Source: an uncultured bacterium (GTDB taxonomy: Bacteria; Verrucomicrobiota; Verrucomicrobiia; Limisphaerales; UBA8199). Taken from it: a stretch of 64,000 nt of DNA. A program made the translations under genes and the position numbers. Shown here piece by piece: positions 32,629 through 43,690 of this stretch. The stretch spans positions 32,001-96,000 of the forward strand of contig CAVVMW010000018.1 in NCBI GenBank assembly GCA_963749495.1, given 5' to 3'. The notes under the pieces are model-generated. The model made no database searches and was not told the origin of the DNA. It saw only the letters and a program-made list of their open reading frames with translations. Every line of letters starts with the position of its first letter. Within the stretch, counting starts at the first letter, position 1.

Positions 32629-34233
32629 ATGACTGACTTTGCCCTCAGCCCACTCGACCTGGGCATCATCGTCGCCTCGATCCTGTTCTCGGTCGGCGTG
32701 GGGTTTTGGGCCTCGCGCCGCGTCGAGAAAACCACGCGTGGTTTTTTCCTGGCCTCCGGCAAGATGCCGTGGTGGCTCATTGGCGCCGCCTTCGTCTCGA
32801 CCAGCGTCTCCAGTGAGCAAATCGTCGGCACGGTTGGGGCCGCTTACAAGCATGGCATGGGCATAGCCAACTGGGAATGGTGGTGTCTGCCCACCTATGG
32901 GCTGGTCATGGTCTTTTTCATTCCCCTCTACCTGAAGAACCGGATTTCCACCGTCCCGGAACTGCTGACGCGCCGGTTCGGCCCTGCCTGCGCCGACATC
33001 TACAGTTGCGTCATCCTGTTGGCCTACGTCTTCCTTTTCCTCACGCCGGCGCTCTATGGCGGCAGCGTCACGTTCAGCAGGCTCACCGGCTGGCCGTCGG
33101 CGGCCGTGCTGGCGGGGATCGTGTTGCTCGTGGGATTCTACACCATTCTCGGGGGACTCAGCTCGGTCATGTGGACCGATGCCATGCAGTGCGGCATGCT
33201 CGTGATTGGCGGCGTGGCGCTCTTCTTTGTCGCCCTGGGCCACATCCCAGGCGGATGGGCGGCCATGGTCCTGGCGGCACCCGAGCGATTTCATCTCTAT
33301 CATCCTCCAAGCGACCCGCAGGCGCCCTTTCTGGGCCTCATCACCGCGACCTTTGGTGTGTTCCTCTTCTACCAGTCCACCAACCAGGTGATGATCCAGC
33401 GCGTGCTCGCGGCGCGCAGCACCTGGGACGGCATGATGGGCATCGTGTTCGCCGGTTTCATTAACCTGCTGCGCCCGCTGGTGACCTGTTTGCTCGGGCT
33501 CGTCGTCTTCCATTGGATCGAGAAGATGGGCAAAGCCCCGTCGCTCCTGCCGGACAAACAGGACCAGGTCTTCCCGTTCGCGCTCGAGGTGTTCGCGCCA
33601 TCGGGCTTGCGCGGCGTCATTCTCGCGGGCTTCATCGCGGCCGTCATGTCCTCGACCAGCGCCCTGGCCAATGCGGTGGGCACCCTCTTCTCGCTGGATG
33701 TCTATCGCCGCCTCTTCCGCCCTGCGGCCGGGGACCGCCAGTTGATCCGCGCCGGACGGCTCGCCTCGGGCGCGGCCCTGGTCCTGGCGTCTCTGACCAC
33801 GCCGTGGGTGCCGCGCCTGGGTGGCATCTTCAAATACTTTCAAACCGGCGTGACCTATATGGCCACGCCCTTTGTTTCGGTGATCGTGCTCGGGATTCTC
33901 TGGAAGCGCGCCAACTACGCCGGCGCCCTGGCCGGCCTGCTGGGCGGACTCGTCATCCAGATCGGCCTGGCCCTGGCGTTGGGAGCGATGGACGTGCGGA
34001 TGAACTGGCTGTTCATCGGCTCCACAGCGCAAGTCCTGACGATGGCGCTGGTAGTGGTGGTCACCCTGCGCACCGCCCCGCCTGCCCCGCGCCAATGGGA
34101 GCCATTCCTCTGGCGGCCCTCGGTCCTCGCGCAATACGATGAGGGCCGCCGCCGCCCGTGGTTCCAGCAGGTCAAAGTCTGGTTCGCCCTCTACGCCTTG
34201 ATTTGGGCTTATATCTACTGGCGGTTCTGGTGA
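32629..34233 (+). CDS. Sodium:solute symporter (SSS) family, probable sugar transporter
   Basis: FFLASGKMPWWLIG, SSEQIVG, YTILGGL..VMWTD, NQV.IQR.LAA, AAVMSS; ~13 TM segments. Confidence 0.93.
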   Translation: MTDFALSPLDLGIIVASILFSVGVGFWASRRVEKTTRGFFLASGKMPWWLIGAAFVSTSVSSEQIVGTVGAAYKHGMGIANWEWWCLPTYGLVMVFFIPLYLKNRISTVPELLTRRFGPACADIYSCVILLAYVFLFLTPALYGGSVTFSRLTGWPSAAVLAGIVLLVGFYTILGGLSSVMWTDAMQCGMLVIGGVALFFVALGHIPGGWAAMVLAAPERFHLYHPPSDPQAPFLGLITATFGVFLFYQSTNQVMIQRVLAARSTWDGMMGIVFAGFINLLRPLVTCLLGLVVFHWIEKMGKAPSLLPDKQDQVFPFALEVFAPSGLRGVILAGFIAAVMSSTSALANAVGTLFSLDVYRRLFRPAAGDRQLIRAGRLASGAALVLASLTTPWVPRLGGIFKYFQTGVTYMATPFVSVIVLGILWKRANYAGALAGLLGGLVIQIGLALALGAMDVRMNWLFIGSTAQVLTMALVVVVTLRTAPPAPRQWEPFLWRPSVLAQYDEGRRRPWFQQVKVWFALYALIWAYIYWRFW

Positions 34234-34285
34234 GCCAATAACACACATCGCGATTATGCAAAACAGCTATGATCCGTCTCCTGCC

Positions 34286-34728
34286 GCGCGGCCCAACGGG
34301 CCGCTAGAGCCTAGCCCAGGGCTGAGGCCGTCAGGCCGATGCCCTGGGTGTTGGCCTCAGAAGTGCGCAAGGCGCCCTGAAAGAATTCCCGGAACAAATT
34401 CGCGCTTTGGGCCCCTGAACCTCGACACTGCGTTCCCGTCCCGCGAAGCGTTTTGGACTGCCGCAGTCCAAAACCTTCGGCCTTGGCGACGGTTCATGGA
34501 GAAGGCGCCAGACGGTTCTGGCGCCCCTTCAGGGCGCGCCGGTTCTCGCGCACGCCAGTCCCAGGGCATCGGCCTGGCGGACCCCTCACCCCAGCCCTCT
34601 CCCCGTCAGACGGGGAGAGGGAGCAGCGAAGCCTGGCTCGCCCCGGCTCCCGAGCCTTGGGATTCGCCAAGCGACGTGCGACGGTCCACCCTCTCCCCAT
34701 CCGATGGGGAGAGGGCCGGGGTGAGGGG
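34286..34728. repeat. Composite REP cluster (family C with nested collapsed family A, then two family B)
   Basis: 34286-34580 is an inverted near-copy of 38255-38648. Confidence 0.82.
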
Positions 34729-37612
34729 AAGAAGGCGTCCGAACCAAGCCAACTTCCAAAAGCCAGGCTGCACCCACAGGCAGGCGCTGTGGAAGAAGCT
34801 GTTTGCCTTGTGCATCGCAGGTCTCCTCACAACCCTTCCTCTGAGGGGAGCGGAAGAAACACCCAGCGCCCCGGCACCGGCCGTCATGACCGGGCGCCTC
34901 AAGGTGCATCTCTCCTGGGGGCACAGGTCCAAGACCACGCGGCCCTTCCGCATCAGCTTCCTCACCAACGAGGTCGCGGTGAGCGAGTTGCACCCCGTCG
35001 GCTTCGAGCCGGGCGACCTGCTCCAAGACGGGGTCTGTCAGACTCGAGCCGGCGCTGGCGACGTGGACGGAGTCGAATTGAGGCTGTCTTTCCCGGAACG
35101 CAAGGTGGCGGAAATCAAGAATGTGCAACAGATTTGGGGCTACCTGTTGGCCCACTCCGATGCCGACACCGCTCGCCGGTTGCGGCTCGACCCCGGTTTT
35201 CGCCCCGATGCGCGCAAGCTGACCATCCAGATGGATGCCGAGGGAGCGCAGGGCTTCAGCGTCACGGTGGACCAGTTGCTGGCGAACAAGGCCTTTTGGG
35301 TGCCGGAACTGGATGTGTTCCTCTGGGCTGGAGAGGACGCGGTCTCTTTCGATGAGCACCAACGGGAGTTAGAGGCCTGGGGTGGCCGGCGGGTCATCAG
35401 CCAACTCCAAAGCGAGCCGGAAGCCACCTACGAGCAATACACCTCGCGCTGGGAAGACATGGGCAGCCCGGCCTACAACAACCCGGCCTCGCCTCCTCCC
35501 GGCCACATCGTGTGCGTCACCTGGGACAGCGCGATTCCCAAGTTCGGCATCGACCGCGGGGCGGGCCTCTGGAACGACCTCGGCAACCCGGACCACTTCC
35601 GCCTCCGCTTCGACTTCGGCGACCTGGCGCCAGACCTCGCCGCCTCGTGGAAAGGCCAGAAGCTCGAGAACGGGCTGCCGGTGATGACGACGACGATTGA
35701 GCGCGACGGGGTGCGTTACCAAGTCGAGCAGTTCGCCTATCCCTTGCACGGGCCCCCGGCGGAACGGCGCGGCGACATCGCGATGGTGCTGCTGGAGAAG
35801 GTGCGCCTGACCGAGCTGCGGGGCGAGGACCGAACGGTGTCGCTGGGCCTGACGCATTGCCGCGAGTTGCCGGCGGCGGGCTCGAGCGTGCTCGCTCGCA
35901 CCAACGGAGCCGTCCTGCTCTGGGAAGCGCCGGACCCCGCCCTCCTGCTGCTCGCCGTCGAGGGCCCGGGCCTCACGCTCCAATCCAACTTCGTCCAGGG
36001 GACCAAGTGGCAGACGAACCGAATCGTGCTGGGCGCTGCGCTCCCCGCCCACGGCGCGCGCGAACTCATCGTGAAACTGCCTTCACCGCTGGTGGCCGCG
36101 GCGGACCGGCAGACGTTCCTGGCCCTGGACTACGCGGCCGCCCGCGAGACAACGCTCAAGTTCTGGTCGGATTACCTCGGGCGCGGCGCCCGGTTCGTGG
36201 TGCCGGAAGACGCGGTCAATCAGTTGTTTCGCGCCAATCTCTGGCATGCCTTGCGCCTGCCGCGCCGCCACGGCGGCCAGGGCGCGAACGTCAGACTCGA
36301 CCTCCCGTACTCGAACTTCGCCTACGACCAGGCCGGCACGCCCTGGCCGGTGAACCAGTCCATCTATGTGGACTACATGCTCTACGATCTGCGGGGCTAT
36401 CACGCCGAGTCGGCCGAGGAACTGGCGGCCATCTATCGCAACAACCAGGAGCCGAACGGGCACGTCGGCGGCGTCGCCAATTGGGGCGTTTATACGCCCA
36501 GCATGATTTACGCGGTGGCCAGGCACTACCAACTCAGCGGCGACCGCGCCTCGCTGGACGCGCTGCTGCCCCAAACCCTCGAGGCGCTGGACTGGTGCCT
36601 GGGCGAAATCCAGCGGTCCTCCGGGCCCGGCGCCCCCGCGCGCGGCCTGGTGCTGGCGCCGCTCAACGACTTGTCCCACGACCCCAGGGCCTGGGCGTTC
36701 AACCAGGCATATCTGTGTGCCGGACTGGAGGTGCTGGGCCGGGTGCTGGCGGACCTCCGGCATCCGCGCGCCCAGGAGTGCCAGGCGGCCGCGCGGGCGA
36801 TGCGCGAGTCAGTGCAGCGCGAATTTGGCCACGCCGCGATGCTGGCGCCGCTGATCCAATTGCGCGACCATTCCTGGATGCCCTACGTCCCTTGCGACGC
36901 GCTGACGCCCCGGCGCCTCCTGGACATCTGGTATCCCACCGACGTGGATTGCGGCGCCTTGCACCTGGCCCGCCTCAAGGCGCTGGATCCGAACGGCCCG
37001 TTGACCACCTGCCTGTTGAACGACCACGAAGACAACCTCTTTCTCAAGCAGTGGGGCATGGCCAATGAGCCGGTCTATAATCCGCACGCCACCGCGTATC
37101 TGCTCCGCGATGAGGTGAAGCCGGCCATTCGCGCCTTTTACAGCATGATGGCCTGCGCCTTCAGCCACTCGGCCTTCGAGCCGGTCGAGCACCGTTGGTG
37201 TTGGGGCCAATTCTTCGGACCGCCCAGCACCGATGGCGCCTGGTTCGAGCTCTACCGCCAGATGCTCATCCACGAACGCGACGACGACACGCTCCTGCTC
37301 TTGCAGGCCACGCCCAGGAAATGGCTGGAGGACGGCAAACAAATCCGCATCGAACGCGCCCCAACCTGCTACGGACGGCTGGACCTGACCGTCGCCAGCC
37401 GTGCCGCCGCAGGCGAGATTTCCGCCGCCATCAACCTGGAGCAGCGCCGGCGCCCCGCGGCGCTCCTGCTGCGCCTGCGCCATCCTCAGGGCCAGGCCCC
37501 GCAATCCGTCTCGGTCAACGGAAAAAAATGGACTGACTTTGACCCCGCCAAAGAATGGGTCCGAATCCCCAGCCCGAGTGAAGACCATTATGACGTGACG
37601 GTTCGATATTGA
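34721..37612 (+). CDS. Large secreted hypothetical protein, possibly a glycoside hydrolase with an (alpha/alpha)6-barrel-like region; true start uncertain (ORF open from 34256)
   Basis: Signal-like KKLFALCIAGLL; C-terminal LLLLQATPRKWL.DG..I.I.RAPT.YG.L resembles GH65/95-type C-termini; sugar-cluster context. Confidence 0.65.
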   Translation: MRGRRRPNQANFQKPGCTHRQALWKKLFALCIAGLLTTLPLRGAEETPSAPAPAVMTGRLKVHLSWGHRSKTTRPFRISFLTNEVAVSELHPVGFEPGDLLQDGVCQTRAGAGDVDGVELRLSFPERKVAEIKNVQQIWGYLLAHSDADTARRLRLDPGFRPDARKLTIQMDAEGAQGFSVTVDQLLANKAFWVPELDVFLWAGEDAVSFDEHQRELEAWGGRRVISQLQSEPEATYEQYTSRWEDMGSPAYNNPASPPPGHIVCVTWDSAIPKFGIDRGAGLWNDLGNPDHFRLRFDFGDLAPDLAASWKGQKLENGLPVMTTTIERDGVRYQVEQFAYPLHGPPAERRGDIAMVLLEKVRLTELRGEDRTVSLGLTHCRELPAAGSSVLARTNGAVLLWEAPDPALLLLAVEGPGLTLQSNFVQGTKWQTNRIVLGAALPAHGARELIVKLPSPLVAAADRQTFLALDYAAARETTLKFWSDYLGRGARFVVPEDAVNQLFRANLWHALRLPRRHGGQGANVRLDLPYSNFAYDQAGTPWPVNQSIYVDYMLYDLRGYHAESAEELAAIYRNNQEPNGHVGGVANWGVYTPSMIYAVARHYQLSGDRASLDALLPQTLEALDWCLGEIQRSSGPGAPARGLVLAPLNDLSHDPRAWAFNQAYLCAGLEVLGRVLADLRHPRAQECQAAARAMRESVQREFGHAAMLAPLIQLRDHSWMPYVPCDALTPRRLLDIWYPTDVDCGALHLARLKALDPNGPLTTCLLNDHEDNLFLKQWGMANEPVYNPHATAYLLRDEVKPAIRAFYSMMACAFSHSAFEPVEHRWCWGQFFGPPSTDGAWFELYRQMLIHERDDDTLLLLQATPRKWLEDGKQIRIERAPTCYGRLDLTVASRAAAGEISAAINLEQRRRPAALLLRLRHPQGQAPQSVSVNGKKWTDFDPAKEWVRIPSPSEDHYDVTVRY

Positions 37613-37634
37613 GACCTCGGAACAGGGCATTGAC

Positions 37635-37841
37635 ATGCCAGCCGATCCGGCGAAGTCTAAGCCCGTGAAACGCAGCAGATCGAACCGCCAGCGGAAGAGC
37701 AAGGGCACGCTCAGCGTACAAGAGCATCGCCCAATGATGAACAAGCTCTCTGGCACGGAACGCCAGCAACTTATGAAGGCAGGCTACGAGCTGATCTATG
37801 GAGTCCAGCGGCAACCCGAACCTGCTGCTCGCCGCCGATAG
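37635..37841 (+). CDS. Small basic hypothetical protein
   Basis: 68-aa ORF directly after the large gene; no family recognised. Confidence 0.4.
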   Translation: MPADPAKSKPVKRSRSNRQRKSKGTLSVQEHRPMMNKLSGTERQQLMKAGYELIYGVQRQPEPAARRR

Positions 37842-37915
37842 CAATCTCCCACTGGACGTGGCCGACGGGAACGAGGGGTGCGATTAAAACTGGCGGTCAG
37901 CCCACGGCGCCTTTT

Positions 37916-38105
37916 TGCCCCGGAGGGGCTTCCGACAATAGCCCGGCGTTTCAACGCCGGGTGCGCGGACCCAAGGAGCAGGTCCGTCCCGAAGGGACGG
38001 CTGAAAGCAAGGAGCGTTCTCAGTCGTCCCTTCGGGACGAGGGTCGCTTTTGTGGCCTCCCCGGCGTTGAAACGCCGGGCTATTGTCAGATGTCCCTCCG
38101 GGACA
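37916..38105. repeat. REP family D copy
   Basis: GACAATAGCCCGGCGTTTCAACGCCGGG / CCCGGCGTTGAAACGCCGGGCTATTGTC inverted arms. Confidence 0.88.
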
Positions 38106-38254
38106 AAACCCCCGAGGCGCATGCCCGACGCTTTTAATCGCACCCGGAACCGATGCGGCCATTGACGCGATTGATACGACACAATCCCGACTGCCGCGCG
38201 CGTTTTGTCATTTCCCCATCCGTGTTCTTCAGATGAAGCTTAGGCTAACGTTGG

Positions 38255-38648
38255 CCGGCCCAAAGGGCCGGGAGAGCCTAGCCTAGGGCTGAGGCCGCCA
38301 GGCCGATGCCCTGGGAACACGTCCATCGAGGATCATGTGCGCCCTGAAAGGGCGCCAGAGCCCTCTGGCGCCCTCCCCAGGAACCGACACCAAGTCCGAA
38401 GGTTTTGGACTGCGGCAGTCCTCTGCCGCTTTCGCGCCGGCAGCGAGGGGACACAAAAGCGGCAGAGGACTGCCGCAGTCCAAAACGCTTCGCGGGACGG
38501 GAACGCAGTGTTGAGGTTCAGGGGCCCAAAGCGCGAATTCGTTCCGGGAAATCTTTCAGGGCGAGGGGCCCGGGTTTGTGGCGAAACCCAGGGCATCGGC
38601 CTGGCGGCCTCAGCCCTGGGCTAGGTTCTGGCGGCCCGTTGGGCCGCG
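38255..38648. repeat. Composite REP (family C enclosing family A 38402-38486)
   Basis: CTAGCCYAGGGCTGAGGCCG..AGGCCGATGCCCTGGG inverted termini. Confidence 0.85.
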
Positions 38649-38657
38649 AGGCAGCGG

Positions 38658-41600
38658 CTAATCCTGGGTGACTCGGAGCCGGTAGAGGCGGCCGTTGGCG
38701 CCTAGGGGATCGGTGAAGGTAATCGGCCCATCGGTGCCGGGAATCTGGTCCTGGAGGGTGGTCCAGGCATTGGTTTGGCCGATCTGGTCCAGTGTCTCTA
38801 CAGCGTAAGTGCGGCCGGCGTGGGCTGTGAACTCGAGGACACAGTTCGCGCCCTGGAGCGAGATGCGGTCAAAGCGCAGGAAATCCCGGGGATCCAGGGG
38901 GTCGGTGCCGGCAATCAACTCGAATTCATCGGGCATCCCGTCGTGGTCGGTATCCACCGTGAAGGCGCCCTGGTTGATGGCGCCGGGGGTGGGGCTGGCG
39001 GCTTGCCAGTTGGCGGGGTCATCCGCAAAGACCGCGCTGGACAGGCGCTGGAGAGAATTGCCGGTCTGCTGGGCGCCCGCCGGCCACGGCGGCTGGCTCG
39101 AATAGTGAACTTCCTCGACGAGCACTTTGGGCACCGACCCGGCCATGAGCGAGGGCGGCGCCACCGGCTTGCCGGGCTGATAGAGCCCCACGCCCGGACC
39201 CTCGTTAGCCAGGTCTCCCTGGAAAGGACCAAAGAGGGGAAGACTGGCATCGACGCCAAAGCGCTGCCGGAACCAACTCGACCTGGCCGGATCCTGGATG
39301 GGATCGAAGCTCACCACCAGCAGGTAGGACCAGGGGGACATCGAACTCCATCGCGGGAAGACATATTGCGCCGCGCCGTCAAGCTGCCAGGCATTGGTGG
39401 GATAGGCCGGGTCGTATAGCGGCACGGACTGGCCGGAAATGTTCCTTAGCTCGACGTACTCGTCGTCGGTATCGGGCGCCAGCCCAAACGGCGGCGGTGA
39501 ATACATGAGCTCGTTGATAACCACTGGGCCGACCCTGGGGCCGAGTTGGCGCAGCCCAAGGTGTTGCTCCGTTGGGCCACGAAATGCTCGAGGCCGTCAC
39601 TGGACACGTAACGGCCAAACGTGACCCCTTTGAGTTGCGCCCCAAACGAGAACCCGTGCCGGTAGCCCGTGAGATTCGTGCCGTCGCCCGAGAAGAGATA
39701 AACCGCGTCGCCGAGCGAGGCTCAAAGCGAAGCTGTTGGACCCGTTAAGTCCGAACTGGTAGCGGTCGAAGAGCGCGTATCCGCCGGCAGGAATCGTGGT
39801 GCCGGGCGGTGTGCAGTACTTGGCCGGGCGCTTGAGGTTGTCGGTGAGAAACCAACCGCCGATTGAGGCGGGAGCGGTCGTGGGGTTGTAGAGCTCGATG
39901 GTGTCCACCGCTGGGGCTTGGGGATGCGACAGGGCCTCGTTGACGACCACCGGCGGGATGAGTTGCGGGGCGGGATCGGCCTGGCCGGGGGAGCCGCCGG
40001 GCAGGGTGCTGGCCCGCCAACTCGCCGGGTTGCTCCAGGTGTCCAGCGGGGCGTATTCGTTGCGAATGACCAGCGAGAAGCCCGCGCCGTCAGCAGCCGG
40101 ATACCATGCGCTGTCGAAGGGGAAGTCCAGGATCGGTTCCCGGCGCGGGCCTTCGAGATAGATGCGCCCGCTGCCCTGGCCCAACGAATTGGTGTATTGA
40201 CCGGCGAGGTTGGTGACCCAGGGATAACGCGAGAGGAAGGCCTGCTGATTTCCGGCCAGCACCAGGTACTGGCCCGGGCCGAGGTTGGTGATGGCGCTGG
40301 CGGCGGTGAACGTGAACTCGATGCCGTTGGTGAACCGGAAGCCCGCCAAGGCGAGGGGGTTGCTGCCGACGTTCTTGAGTTCGATGAACTCGAACTGGGT
40401 GCTGTCGTTGGCGCCGGAGGTGTCCGGGGCCGGTTGGCACATGATCTCGGTAACGGCCAGCGGCGGGGTGGCGACGATGAAGGTGGCGGCCGCAGGCCCG
40501 GACCAGGAACTGCTGATCCGCGGGTTGCCTTGGCCGGTGAGATTATGATGGGCGGCGTTCCAGTTGCGGGCGAAGACGCGCGCATTATTGGTGAGCGTGA
40601 GGCTGGCGATGTTGAGGTTGGACAAGGCCGCCGGTGACACGCCGCCTCCGGGCAGCCGCGGGTCGGTGCCGTCCAATGTGTAATAGAGGGTGCTGTTGGC
40701 CTCGCGGGTCGAGGCGGTGAGCGTCAAGGTGAAGCCGGAGGTGATGGCGCCGCCGTTGACGCTGAACACGGGGGCGTGCAGGAAGTTGGTATCGATGAAG
40801 TTCAGCCGGTTGGCGGTCCAGGTTTTCAACGTGCTGATTTGCTGCTGGTAGCCGGACCCGTAGCCCCAGCGCTGGGCCTCACGCGGCGCGGCTTTGGTGA
40901 ACTGGCGGCTCAGGCTGTCCATCACCGCGTTGATGTGGTCCGTGGTGAGCACGCGCGAACGCAAGTCCGTCCAACGGTCAATCCACCGCTGCCAGAAGTC
41001 CGGGTCGGTGAACAGCCGCGACCACCACCGCACGCCGTCGCCGTTGTTCGAACCATTGAAAAAGTCCGTGCCGCCGCTCCTCCACTGGCGAGGGTCGCCC
41101 CCCAGCGTCAGGTGCAGGTCCCACATCGGCCCCATCTCGATTTTCTTCTCGCGGTCCTTGAAAAAGAAGCCGCTCAGCCGAAAGGCGTCCACATTCTGCA
41201 CGAAGCATTCCAGGAGGTGATGATCGATCCACGAGTCCACATCAATGTAGTCGGCGTAACCGCCGGGCGAATTGGTGTAATTGGCGCCCCAGAGCGCCGC
41301 GCCAAACTGGGCGAAGTAGTTGCTGATATAGGTGAGTTGGGGCAGGCGCGCGGCACTGGCCATCTGCAGGTGCGGCGGGTCAACAAAGACGATGGGATTC
41401 TGCGAATAGGCATCGTAAAAGGTCGTTTCCTCCGAGCCGTAGCTGTCGATCTTGAGCAGGTAGCCGCCCGTCACGGTTGGGGGCGTCGAGTTCTGAGGGT
41501 GGAGCTTGGTAATGTCAACCCGGTTTGTCCCCCGCTTTATCTTTTCCTCGATGGTGTAGAATCCCCAGTAGTCGCCCCCCGCCGGCGCCGTGAACGCGAC

Positions 41601-42902
41601 CGGCCCGCCGTTGGTGTTGAAGAAGCACTCGGCGAACCGGGTGCGGGCCGAGTAGCGGCCCACGTCGCGGCTGAGCTGGTGAATGAGCGCGTTGCGGATG
41701 AGGGAGTAGTCGATGAAATCCGGGGGGTACAAGACCCAGTCCGAATCGGCGGGCAGGCCGAGGAATTCCAACTTGTTGTTGGCGTTGTAATCGTCCCAAA
41801 ACTTGAGCGAGAGCGGCCATTGGGGCAAACCCCCTGTGATGCGGCCTCGGGTGTGGAGGCCCGCGCGGGTCACCAGCGCCGGCGGATTGGTGAGGGAGGC
41901 GACGCCATTGACGGGCTCGAAGACCATGAGAATCGCGCTCTGGCGCACAAATCCCGCACCCATCGGCACTCGCCCGCCCCCGAGGTTATGGAACAACATG
42001 ATCGGCAAATCGGAGGTAAAGCTCGCGGCTGCCGGAGTGAGTTGCACGTAGCTCTCGGCGTGGACCGGACCGGGAAAGAATCCGCCCTGTCTCGGGAAGG
42101 CCCGCGCCGCGACCAGCGCGGCGTTGGTGAGCTGGATCGGTCCGGTGTAGAGGGGGGAACTGGCCGTGGGGATATTCGTCCGCGCGATGGAACCGGCAGG
42201 CACGTTATTGGTCACCACCAGGAACCGGATGTCGCAATTGGGGTCCGCCGTGGACAATGCCAGGGTGAAGCCGGCGAGGAAGGCGCCGCTGGCCCTCGAG
42301 AATTCAATGGCCGACCCGAAGCCCGGACCGCACGTGGCGTTCGGGGCGCCCGGCGTCGGGTTGAGGAAGTATCCGACCAGCGATGGGTCCAGGCGGTCGC
42401 GCCCATACGAGACGTCTGCCTGTTGCGGAGGGTAGGATGGGGCAAAGTCCGAAACGACGTTGGTGCCGTCATCGACCAGCGCCAGAAAGTCCCCGCTGGC
42501 CGCCAGCTTGAAATTCGTGTGGAGTTGGCCCGCCACGTTCGTGTCCCGCCCCGAGGCAAAGACCACCAGGTAGCCGCCGGCCGGCAGCAGCGTGGGCGGA
42601 AACGGCCACTTCGTGAGCTTGTTCGCGTTGTCGGTCAGGAACCAACCGGTCAGGCTCGCATCGGTGGCGCCCGCATTGCAGATCTCGATCCAGTCCGGGC
42701 TGTTGCCGAGTTCGTCGTGGACGGCATTCGCCGGCTTGCCGCTGTTGGACGCCATGAACTCGGAGATGAACACGTCGGGTGCGCCGGCCAGGGCCAAGGC
42801 GCCGCCGCCCAGGAGAACCGTCAGGGCGCCCACCGCCGCCAGGCACGCCCGGTTGCTTCTGAACTGAGTTCCAAATCCCTGGCGCCATCGAGTGAGCATC
42901 AT
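38658..42902 (-). CDS. Secreted CotH-kinase / lamin-tail-domain protein; frameshifts between ~39550 and 39720
   Basis: LTD repeats (ISEFMASN..DWIEI.N..WFLTD, TEIM...FEFIELKN, VINELMY..EYVELRN); CotH-like YWGFY.IEEKIKR, GGYLLKID, NVDAF, MGPMWD; ends GRLYRLRV. Confidence 0.88.
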
Positions 42903-43046
42903 CACGTCCTTCCAATTCTGCCGAAGCAAGCCCCTGGACCCGTTCCAGGAGAGCGTGCTTGACCGGGTTTTTACCAAAAAGCGCCCTCCGTGTGAAGTGT
43001 GCGTTTGGGGGCACACCCCGCTAGGGCCCATCCTGACAGTCCCCCC

Positions 43047-43156
43047 GGAGTGCGCCCGTCCCCGGGCGCAGCGACGTCCGGAGCCAGCGCAGCGGTCAAA
43101 CGCTCCACCGCGCCTGCTCGCCCCGTCGCTGCTGCGCCCGGGGACGGGCGCACTCC
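43047..43156. repeat. REP family E (GGAGTGCGCCCGTCCCCGGGCGCAGC...GCTGCGCCCGGGGACGGGCGCACTCC)
   Basis: 26-bp inverted arms; second copy at 54392-54501. Confidence 0.88.
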
Positions 43157-43384
43157 GCTCGCCCTCGGCGGTGGGGGCAATGCCGGGATGCGCCTGCCCC
43201 TGCGGAGCGCGCGACAGAATTCTTCGGATGCACGATGGAACCGGCGGTGCGTGCTCTGGACGCCAAAGGCGTCGTTCATACCAGCCCAGGGCAACGCCCT
43301 GGGAACAGCCGCCAATAGTCATCTGGATCGCTGAAAGCGCGATTCATCCTCCCGGAGGCTTATGAGGCAGGCCGTTGGTCAAGC

Positions 43385-43690
43385 TTGCCAACTACGCCTG
43401 ATTGCGACGATCTGGCACAGGTCTTTCGCATCACGCACCCCTATCACCCGCTCCGTGGCCGGGGGTATAGACTACTGCGCCGCGGACAGGGCTGGGGAGA
43501 TCGTCGGGTCTGGTTCCATGATGACGCCGGACAGTTGATTTCATTGCCTGAAGCCTGGACCAGCCTGGGACCGGCCGACCCGTTTGTGACCCTCTCGCAG
43601 GGGCGCGCTTGCGCACGGGTGGAAGACCTGCTTGGGCTGGCGCAACTGGTGGCGGACTTAAGCCGCAACGATGTAAAGGGGAATATGTGA
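43385..43690 (+). CDS. DUF5372 (Y4bD/Y4pK-like) family protein; only a TTG start in the integrated state
   Basis: FRITHPYHPLRG...WG..RVWF....G...SLP.AWT......DPF......GR......DLL.LA.LV. Confidence 0.75.
   Translation: MPTTPDCDDLAQVFRITHPYHPLRGRGYRLLRRGQGWGDRRVWFHDDAGQLISLPEAWTSLGPADPFVTLSQGRACARVEDLLGLAQLVADLSRNDVKGNM

Noticed and set aside
40776..42962. 728-aa plus-strand ORF and similar long antisense ORFs (e.g. 32470-34248, 24721-26487, 58905-60692)
   Set aside because: Shadow frames of real high-GC genes with no recognisable motifs.
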